A DNA stretch of 61,280 nt, counting the filler, from Perkinsus olseni (taxonomy: Eukaryota): the NCBI GenBank assembly GCA_013115125.1. It is 2 parts of 2 records of this genome, joined end to end, with 100 filler letters (N's around TTAATTAATTAA, not from the genome) between each part and the next. Parts side by side here need not be neighbours in the genome. Positions count along the whole stretch, not along the records: positions 30,737 to 61,280 come from JABANN010000420.1; 1 more part is not named here. One strand, 5' to 3'. Both the position numbers and the translations under genes were made by a program. The notes beneath the pieces are model-generated. The model searched no databases. It was given only the letters and a program-made list of their open reading frames with translations, and was not told where the DNA came from. Of the stretch, positions 38,696 through 48,600 are shown one piece after another (within the stretch, counting starts at the first letter, position 1; the number at the start of each line of letters is the position of its first letter).

Positions 38696-39453
38696 ATGTT
38701 CCGGCTCATCACACTAGCCTCGGTTATGATCGGAACTGCCATTGTTTCTGCCCTATGGCCTATTGAGTAATCACCCCTTTGTCTCAACTCCCACTATACT
38801 TCTTTCTTAAGTTACGTTCCGTACCCTTCCTGGAGGATAAGCTGGCGCGATGGATGTGAGTGGGCTGGATGCTATTCTCTCTTGTGTGACCGATATCTCA
38901 GCTGACTATCGCCAGCCGAAAGGCCTATGTACCTACGTTAATGGCGTTACAACAGGCTGCTACTGCAAGAACAAGAACACTGAGCCCATTGTGCACCTGA
39001 ATGTGAGTTCACCATGCACCACCAACGCCGTAAAGGTTGTCCCGCTCCCGTGCTGGGAGCCTGCTGATGGTTAAATGCTCGAAGGCACTGACTTCCACGC
39101 TCGATATACTTTGTTTACTTGTATCCCTGATTGGAACAGCGGAGCGCGACAAATGATAATGTGGAAATGGTTCAGTTGTCTCTCGAATTTTTCTCGTTCA
39201 GGCCGGATATGCTACAGGAGCAGTTTGTGCTCCAAAGCGATCGTTCCTCTGTCCATCCACCCCGGGTCTTCTCGACCACGCGGTGCTCGCTGACGGCCGC
39301 TGTTATACTAGTTGTTCTGGAGTAGGAACACAAAATCGGGGTTTTTCGCATTTGTGTATCTCGTTTCAGACCAGGAAGTGCCCCTGGCCGAGTAGATGTG
39401 AGCTTGTTGCCGTCCTCGGAGAAGTCTGCTTCTATCCACAGTGGATCAAGTGA
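38696..39453 (+). CDS. Small secreted Cys-rich protein, family copy 4
   Basis: MFRLITLASVMIGTAIVSA; YRQPKGLC..TGCYCK..GAVCAPKRSFLCP..GRCYTSCSG|TRKCPWPSRCE..CFYPQWIK*. Confidence 0.85.
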
Positions 39454-40827
39454 TTCTACCCCGGACACCCAGACGTTCCTCCATGAGGATGCCCTTGTAC
39501 GGAGATCTCATATCTCAGACTTCTAGTACATATCGTTTTCTACACTCTGCCTTGCAACACCGGCAGGCTAGCTCAGTGGACTGCCAAGAGCTCTCGATGT
39601 GCCCGTTGCTCGTTTACTCCGACGCACGAGGCCATATTTCGCTTTTAACTTCGACAAACGGATTTCTTGGCATGAGTTTTATCAGTATCGAGACTGTTTT
39701 AATCCAGTCCTTCTGTCGAAGTTTCCCTAGCATTCGCTGTGGCTTGAGTTTGCGAAAACGGTTCGACTCATCTCAGTACATTCCTGAGTTACGCGAGGGG
39801 TTATATCGTCTGCGTGCAGAATAATGGCTTGATAATTAATAATTGATTTAATAATTAGACCACAAATCAATAACGACTTAGCATTGGAGAACGAGCCTTG
39901 CACTAATCCGTTCCCCATCAGAAACTTCCCAGACCTGATTTTTCGATTACCGCACTAGAAGCCTCGTAAATCCACAACCAGGGGACCACTGCAAGCAAGC
40001 GATATACGGGGAATCTTCGGGTGAGCGAAGCGACTTCGCGTGTGCCAAGGCTTGGCAGCCAAGCGTCTACCATACGGGCAGCGGATCATTCAATGGTCCA
40101 CTCGGATACGGATCGGGTTACCCGGTAATGGTCACCTCGGTGGCGTGTCCCGATCCAAGTCAGTCTGGTTACGCCCTCTTCTTCTTGCGCGGAACCCCTT
40201 CGACCAGGCGGGTGATAGCCAGTATAGGGGTATAGCTGGGGGCTCAGTCACTGCCTGAATCCTGGTAGTATCAGACAATACGTTTCATCATCGAGAGTGC
40301 AAAAAATAGGAAGGTCACGCCCTCAGTGGTCGAATTACCAATAATGGTTGTCAATTATATTGGCCCGTGTGCTCACGGATACCCAAAATGTTGTGCACTA
40401 CATAAATTTCAGACAGTTTGCCGCCGCCTAGCTGGCAGTGCAGGACAGATGTCTAACCACTTATTCCCAGCTCTCCATACGCGCGCTATCCTCGCCTTGG
40501 CGAGCGCTGCAGCCTACCCCGAGGAGACGGGAGGCACGTCGCGTCTCTCTATAGACGTTTCCATCCTCCTGCATGTTGCTCGCTCGCGCTCCTTGTTCAT
40601 CCACTCAAAATCGCAGCAGCGACTCAACCGCTAGTAAATGTGCATTCTGGGGACAGATGGGCCCTTCTCTTCGAGAATCATTCCAGCTCTTCGATATCTA
40701 TGCTTTTGTCCCTTCATGTGAACTATAGTTTGTAGTGACTGCCGTATTCTGGTCCTCGAAACCTTCCACCCCTGGCCGCTGTGTGCCACCCTCGGAAATC
40801 TCCAAGCGTAGGTTTGGCTCTTTTGCC

Positions 40828-41592
40828 ATGCTCCGGCTCATCGTACTAGCTGCTGTTCTGATCGATAACGGCATCGTTCAAACTGCAAACCCCAATAAAA
40901 AGTAAGCCAATTCGTCCACGCAGCTCGGACTCCACTTCCTGCGCAAGGTCCTCTAGAAGCCGTATTAGTTTTCGCCATGCGATTGGTTGGGCAGCAGGAA
41001 GGAAGTCAGTCCTTCGCTATTTCGTTTCTGACCGCTGACATCTCAGCCGATTACGGCCCGCCAAAAGGTTCTTGCAACCACACGGGAGGTGCTACAACAG
41101 GCTGTTCCTGCTTTTGGAAGGACACTGAGCCAGTGGTGCAACTGAGCGTAAGTTCGCGGCTCTACTTTATACCTTGCTCACTGTATACATCACAACAGAC
41201 TCTGCCTTCTCTGTATGAGTCCCCCCGCTGAACATGGCGTGTAGTAGTTTTCCGATGTTCTATTGAATTCTAAGGCGTTGGCCACCTCATTGCGAGCCCC
41301 AAACATCTCGACCAGATTGCACGCTTTGATGTCCTCCACTCAGGCTGGAAAGATTACCGGAGCAGTCTGTGCCCCAAAGCGGAGCTACTTCTCATGCCCC
41401 GGGACCAAGACTGACATGACGAGGCCGGCGTTCGTTAAGGGTCATTGTTTTGCCAGCTGCAAATGGACGGTGAGATCACATAGTTGAGGCCCCACGTATC
41501 CGATGCGTGCTCTTTCTCAGAGCATGCTGTGCCCGTCGACGAGCAAATGCGTGGTCTACGGCGGCGAGAAGGTTTGCTTCTACCCGCAGTAG
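40828..41592 (+). CDS. Small secreted Cys-rich protein, family copy 5
   Basis: MLRLIVLAAVLI; YGPPKGSC..TGCSCF..GAVCAPKRSYFSCP..GHCFASCKWT|SMLCPSTSKC..CFYPQ*. Confidence 0.85.
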
Positions 41593-41999
41593 ATCAACAA
41601 GTTATTCTACGTCTAAATGATACGCCTGTTGCTCAGCTCTTCATCACCAAGCTCCTCGCGGTGTCTGCTAGCTTCCTTCGACGAACAGATTCCTTGTCAA
41701 AAGTTACAAGACTGTTTCCATCCGGTTCTTCCTCTGGAGTTTTTCTCCCGCCTACATTCGTTCGTGTGTTGAGTTGGCTCCTGCTTTTCGCCGAAAGTGA
41801 ACAACCACGTAATCACGAGACTTCCCCGCTACACAGTCATTTGACCATGAGCAACATCGACTCCACGGTTCACGTGAATTCCCACACGCTACGTTCTCTT
41901 GTGAATGCACACTTGGTCCTGACGGAGTCAAGGGGTGCTTCGCAGCGGGCGACACCATGTTGCTTGATCGTGTGCCTTCGCTAGTCGAATCAATGTGGG

Positions 42000-43160
42000 A
42001 GCCGCTGTGTGGCTGAGTTGTAAAGGACTCCTGAGCACATACTGCGGACAGTCCGCAGTGGACTGTTGTTACATACACAGCGCAACAAATTCCTGGGCGA
42101 TCAGGGGTTTTCAGCCTTTCGTCTTCCCGGTATTGTGTTTGGCACATAGGCCTCAGTGGTTCCGCTTGCATGTTGCAGCGAACATTCTCTTCAAGTTTGA
42201 AGGCGGCACTCTTCATGGTTGGTGAAAAAATCAGGATAGACCCACTTTCTCAATAATTGACTGGGTCGGTTGTCTGGTTCCTGGGAGCAATCCCAAGGGG
42301 GTGAATCGGCGTGAGGGAAGTTGCCATGCGGAGTCAATTCGCGCACAGAAGGGCATTTCGCGGTACATGAAACCTCTGACTGCGGGGACTGGGAGAAAGG
42401 GACGGTTATGGCACACCTGAACAGGGCATGTGTCACGTGCCTCTGTTGAGGACGACAGGACGACAGGCCGACAGCGAACACGCAAGCACCCAAGCACTGG
42501 ACTCGTCCAGCCTGGGAACCCTCGTCCAGCCTGGGAACCCTTGGGAACCCTTGCAGTGCTTCGATGGAGTTCAATGCTAGAGCGAGCAAGGCGCTAGCAA
42601 AGGGTACAGCCATGAACGTCATGGCTGTGATCACGGCGGACACGAGCTCCTTCCAGCTCTCAGCTCTCTGGGTGTGGACGTAGGATATTAGCGACCGCTG
42701 ATTCGACCCAGAGTGGGTTCAGATTCGGGCAGTTCTGTCGTGTTATACTGAAGTTCAGTAACCACCGTTCAGTAACTGAACGGTGGCGGCCGTCAACGTC
42801 CACTTTGCTGTGAGAACAGGCTACTGCCTGGTGACCAGGTAGTAGCCAGTTCTCGCAGTTATCGCAGTAGACCAGGCCCTGGTCGCTTGCTCTGTTCCTG
42901 ATGAAAATCAAACAGGTCATAACTGAGCCGCAGCCGCTGTGGCACAGTGGGGCTCGGCTCTGACCTGTTTGACCTTCGTGTGGCTGCCACCCACCGTTCA
43001 CACTCCTAGCTTCAGCATGAAGGGGATTCGGAGTCATGCCTAGGCCTGGTAGGCCATCATAGGGCCACCGTCGCCCACCGGCAAGTACAACAGTCGAAGG
43101 CTGATAGAGCGACGAATACTACCAGCGGCAACAGACGCTAATACCGTCCCTTCCAAGATG
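42000..43160 (-). CDS. Possible hypothetical multi-exon protein with a hydrophobic segment
   Basis: Coding-like minus fragments (RRWPYDGLPGLGMTPNPLHAE; SAVITAMTFMAVPFASALLALALNSIE). Exon structure not resolved. Confidence 0.3.
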
Positions 43161-43879
43161 CAGCGGAGACACTGAGTTCGCCAACTCAAGTGGCTCAATT
43201 CGCAGATTCTGCCAGAATTGCGATCACCGTGTGCATACCATGAGATTGGCTGCGGATGGCGTCACTGTGGCCCACAGTCTGTGGGCGTCACGTCAAATGT
43301 TCATCGCGGTGTGCTAGAAATATGTTCTGCGGTCATGACCTGATGTCTTGTTCCCGAGCTAGGTGGAGGAGTCCCCTCTACAGCAATGAGTCGTATCTTT
43401 ATCGGACTACTCGTTCACGTTCGTGCTGTGAGCCTCGTGTGCATCTCTTGGAACTTCTGCCTGGCGCCTGGACATGAGCGTTGAACCTCGTGGACTCTTC
43501 ATCCGCTCCGGCAAGTCAAGCAGCGGAGGTCACTCGACCCATCGCAGATAAGCATGTCTTGATATCATATCGTTGCTTTTCTCTACTGCAAGACAATTCG
43601 AGAAGCAAATTAGGCACTGCTTCTAGCCGTCCGATCAGACAATTTACACTTGCTTCCGTCACGCGTCGGAGTCCGGTAATCGGACGATCTGAGTTGGGCG
43701 TCTGCGTGCCCACCACTTCCAGTGGCGGCCTTCACCGAGTTAGATGTCGTTGCTAGGCACTCTACTGCTCGATCGACAATACTTCTTTTCAATCTTGAAT
43801 TGAATCTTCTTTCTTTCGGATCTTCAGACTCTTTCCAATTAGACCAGTTTATGCTGCAGTTTTTTCCCGAACTGCGACT

Positions 43880-44497
43880 ATGCGCACCGCTCTTCTCGCA
43901 ATGGCAGTCGCTGGCACCTGTGTGTCTGGACAGGATGTTGAGAACTCCGATTTGTAAGCTCATACCACTCGCTGGCTTATTCTTGTCTTTTCCTTTCGAA
44001 GGTCCGCCGAGTTCAGTGCCGTTGGCTACCCCGTTCCGATCCGTGGTAAGCTCCCCCTATTTTCGCAATTCATACCTCGCTTTCCAGGGAGTTACCAAAA
44101 GCCCCATGGCCTGTGCAAGAAGACTTGCCTGCGAGCTAGCGGTTGTTTTTGTGATCGCCCTGGGGAGCCGGTCGCCTTCACAGCTGTAATTCTGAAGCTG
44201 ACGTCGAGTGAATCGAGTCCTTGCTTCAGGATCGGTATACAGTCGGAGCTATCTGTGCTGCCAAGTACTGCTCATCTTTATCCGACTGCCCTGCCGGCCC
44301 TTATGGAACCACTCCGGTGTGCGCCAACCGAAGGTGCCACTTGAGCTGTAAGAAGGTGAGTATCAGCCTGCCCGAGAAGGCGCAAGGCGTTCGAGAGTGA
44401 TGATTGATTCTAGGATTACAACTGTCCTTGGCCAGCCCGCTGTGAGCATTCAAAGAAACTTGGCAACGTTTGCTTCTTCCCGCAGTGGCAAGAGTAA
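43880..44497 (+). CDS. Small secreted Cys-rich protein, family copy 6 (closest to copy 3)
   Basis: MRTALLAMAVAGTCVSG; YQKPHGLC..SGCFCD..GAICAAKYCSSLSDCPAGPYGTTPVCANRRCHLSCKK|DYNCPWPARCE..CFFPQWQE*. Intron 4 shares AGGCGTTCGAGAGTGATGATTGATT with copy 3. Confidence 0.88.
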
Positions 44498-44686
44498 ATG
44501 CTGCATAGAAGCTGTCATTTTATTGGACTTTCTCTGCCAACTGCTGCAGTGGGTTGAGTTTGAGAATCAGATTCGCGCCTCCATCAGTGTATCCACGAGG
44601 CTCCTGTGTACCGTGAGGACCTCGCATTCATCTGTTTCGCGACGCCGTCGGAGTTCGGACTCCGAACTCCGAACTTCGGAGCACCT

Positions 44687-45669
44687 TTATATCGCGATTC
44701 CCGCTGGCAGGTTGCTAGTGTCAAATCGCCGCGCTCTCGCGTGCTCCAGAAGTTGCACGCATGCGCAAGGCCCGGGCCTTCGCTGGAAGTGCTGAATCCG
44801 CCTCTCACTCAACTGTGGGTTTCTCCCAAGCTCGTTTGTGATGTCGTGGAAGTACGACCGTTTATCCCTGAGTGCCCGACGCACAACCACTGGGGAAGAA
44901 ACCTTAACCGTACAACGGTTGTTCGCCACGCCGTCCTCGGCTCTGGTTGTAGTACAACCATAGCCGAGGACGGCGTGGCGAACTCAGATGGCCCATCAGG
45001 AGAGATCGCTTTCAGTCCAACGGGCTGTCGACTAGGCCAATACATCGCTCTTTTGAAGGCTCTAGCAAAGAGAGTCGGAATTGTCGTCCGTGTAGCGATG
45101 ACTGTACCTGGCCCCCAGAGTTGTCCCCCTTTGCACAGAACTCTCGCGACCAGCCGCGCACACACTCTTCTAGCCTTGGTGAAAGCGATGCTCTCTGAGT
45201 TGGTTTATTCAGTTCTTTGCGTCATGTCGTCTACGGCAGGGGGCGTAGTGGGGAACGGTGGAGGTCGTGGTGGGTCCTCGGCGGCTGCAGTTCTCTCAGA
45301 CCTGTGGACCAGCCTCGACACAGTGTGAGCGTAACCTCTACTAAGGTTGGTCCCCCATGCGGTTTTCCAGGTACTTCTCCAGCATACCTCCCACACATGA
45401 TTTACTACAGGCCTTGCAGCGCCTCAAAGGCAACACTTTTTCAAATTCGAAGCAAGCCTCTCCGGCGGGGAGGTGCAGTTGGTCAATATTCTCATCGTGT
45501 GAGACGAGCTTGCCTTCAGTTCGACCACCATCCCTTCGGAGTCCTGCGGCAGCTCTTTGAACAGTGAAACCTTCGAGATGCGGTCGGAGCTGATCCCGAT
45601 ATACCCGTGTGTTATCTTCAACCACAGATTTGCGATCGGAGGCGAGCGTGCGTCAGCCGACAGTACCAT
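44687..45669 (-). CDS. Possible hypothetical multi-exon protein
   Basis: Several protein-like minus-strand frames with plausible splice sites, but a single consistent model could not be built. Confidence 0.3.
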
Positions 45670-48600
45670 GCCAGTAGATGATGACGGTGTTAAGATTGAG
45701 GAGATGGGCGCGGACCAATCGTGCTCTGGTAGCGGCCAGTGGAGGTGGAGGCTTTATTGATGCGCTCTGCCTCAGACACGCCTCAGCGAACGGTGGTGGT
45801 CAACTTCGCCGCTTCGGGTGGTGAGTCGGACGGGGAGAGATGGGACTCTACTGTAGGTCCCTGGCGACAGTTGTTCAAGGGTGGGTACTTATCGCCGATG
45901 TTCAGGTGCCCCGGCTACTTTACGACAGCCGGCCAGGGCGCGAGTGGATCATGCAAGAGCCGCCCTTGCCGTCAACCTCGACAGAGAGAGGTGGGACTTA
46001 CGACCGCTCAGGCTCATTCTGAGTGTTGTGGATCTCCAGAGGCTTCGGAGGCCACTTGCACTGAAGTGATCAAGGTCGAGAACTTGAAAGACCGACAAGT
46101 GGATCGGGGAAAGGACGCCTGCGGCGGAGAGGCGGCCGCCCTCCAGGGTACGCGCTTCTGCCTTCCTCGCCAGTAGATTCTCATTCAGCGATTCTCCACG
46201 ATATCGAGACTCGGAAGCAGCAGTTGCTCTCTCCAGTACTGGAAAGGATCCTGCAAGACCAGCAGGTAGGATTGCGCTGATGGACTAGGGGCATCGACAC
46301 TCTCACTGTATTCAGGGACGGCCGAATCGGCAAGCGTGGTTCGACGCTGACAAGGTTCTCTTGAAAGCGTAGGTTGGACTCGCTCCGTCGCCTGGTGAAT
46401 CCCCGTTGACAGTTACGAGGCTCGGCCTCCTTCAAGTGCCCATAACGGGGGGTCTCTTCTCCCGTCTGGTCCGCCACCCCAGCCACCGGCGACGAGGCTG
46501 TCTTCGAGGAAGAACATCAGCTCTCGTGGGGGAGGGGCTGCATCGCTGGAGCTGCCGCCTCTAGACGAAGCCTTTCTGGCTACGCTCGGTCGAGCGATCA
46601 GGGATGAAGAGGAGGTCCCTGGTCCGCCAGACGGGCAGGAAGCTGAGGTTGACCTATGCTGTAAGCAGACGAAAAGATACTCTCCTGCCACGGCGAGGTT
46701 CCCTAGACATTATCTCTTCGCAGGCTCTATCTGCGGTGACGGTGATGTTGATGATGATAATGCTATCCTCATCTGCGACGGCTGCCACTTTGCCGCCCAC
46801 CAGAAATGCTATGGGGTTTCCGCAATTCCTGAGCAGGAATGGTAGGAGGCGCATCACGAGTACCTCAGGGAATCTTTCAGTCGGGCCTCCCGGAATATAA
46901 CGTGTTAAAGACGATTCTTGAAACGCACTCGGAACTCTGGGAAGGTCTATCGAATACCCGGTCCACTACTCTGTTGCGCAGTAGATAGTTTTATCTTGGC
47001 TCGCTTAGTCGTTGCTGATGCTTCCATGACTCAACTCTAAAATAGCGAAGTGCCTGTGCATCGTACGAAGCCTTCTACATGCCAGGTTCTGTCGGACATG
47101 TTCGGTGTTTCCTCGAGATGCCGCTGGTCGCCCAGCAGGGGAGAGGCCGGTCTGTGTAGGTCACGAGAGTGCCTGCCGTGTCGTGTTCTCATCATTGAAC
47201 AGGTGCTCTGCGGTCGAGACTCTGAGTTCGTGGGGGGAGGCCTGATGAAGCCAGCGGTCGTGTCGATGCCTGGCAAGGGATCCTCTGGCCGTTCGGCAGG
47301 TGGGTGCTGGTAAAATCACTTTGGCACCATTATAATTTTGCGCCGGTGCCGGGGATCGAACCTGCGACCTACTCTAGATCCAATACTACCCTGCACTACT
47401 ACCCCCAGCCCGCCGACATCTCCCGGTTCGAATGCTGTCCCAACGGCACCCCCGGGCTCCCTTGGAGCATGGGCTCATGTGAAGTGCGCCGTGTGGATAA
47501 GGGAATGCTCTATAGACAACCCAACCACAGTGATGGAACCCATAAGGGCTGTGGTAGGGAGAAAGACAGCCAGGCCGGTTCGCCCTCTCTCAAGGCTGGG
47601 AGCAGATCCATCCATCTCGACGAGATCTAGTCTGTGGCATTTGCAAGTCGAGGGTCGGCGCTAAGGTCCAATGCGCCTTCGGAAAATGTAGCTTCTCCAG
47701 TGTGAGCTTACTCGAGCGCGACGCTCGCGGTTTTAGGTCAGAATTTCTATCACGTCAGTTGTGCTGCGCGTTATGGACTTGTTACTGAGGGCACTGGCGG
47801 CAATGCCGCATGGGTGAGTAGGGTAAAGGGTCCCGGGTTCGATCCCCGGTGGAGTTTTTTTAGGTGATTTACTGCCCTCGCCACTCTCGGCAGCAACAGA
47901 AGCAGGGGAATGCTATTCTTGCAAGACTCAAAGCTTGGCGGAAGTCCGAGCATTTTAATCGGCTATCCCATGACAAATTCGTAGGCAAATCGCACAGATC
48001 GCAGGTTCGATCCCGGCATCTGTCAGCTCGCTCCCTTCGACCCTCGGCTAGTCGCAGCGGCCGGGTTCGGTCAGGACACAGGCGACCCCTCCTCCTCGAA
48101 AATCCAGTGGCAGTTTGACTCCGAGGAAGCGTCTCTGAGTAACAATCCCGACTGCGAAAACTCGCGCTCATCCCTAGGGGGCATTCGCGATAATGAGTAG
48201 AAAATAGAATACTTGTGCGTGGCAGGGCAACTCCTGGAGCCAGTAGAGCGGCTCTGTGTGGATGACACAGCGAGGGCTCTGCTCCCGCCCATGATTCGAG
48301 ACGGCCGAGGGGACTGTCCACTACTCTATCCAGCTCAACCAGGCGCAACCGCTGCGACGACGACCACTGCTGCGGGGACAACTTCCACTGGTAAGGTTGA
48401 GTTTCGCTCGCCCGAGGATGGTCGGGCGAAGAGAGCGTTCGCAGGCTCTCTGGCGAAGGTCGTCGGGGCTTACGGAATGAACGTCACTGCGCCACGAAAT
48501 TCGGTTGGGTCTGCCGGCCACCATGGCGATTATGCTGGTAGCCCGACCGCCTCGCTCGCCCTTGCTGGTAGCCACCGAGCTCAGGTGTACTGTATCCGGT

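Noticed and set aside
44606-45328. 240-aa plus-strand ORF
   Set aside because: No recognisable motifs. It runs through two palindromes and is probably a shadow of minus-strand sequence.
45667-45670. Divergent genes apparently sharing one CATG start
   Set aside because: Neither start codon is secure, and the minus-strand gene model is unresolved.
47378-47435. Apparent antisense A-box next to the B-box at 47341, and GGTTCGAATG near 47425
   Set aside because: Frame analysis places the acceptor at 47377, so both are exonic (DPILPCTTTPSPPTSPGSN).
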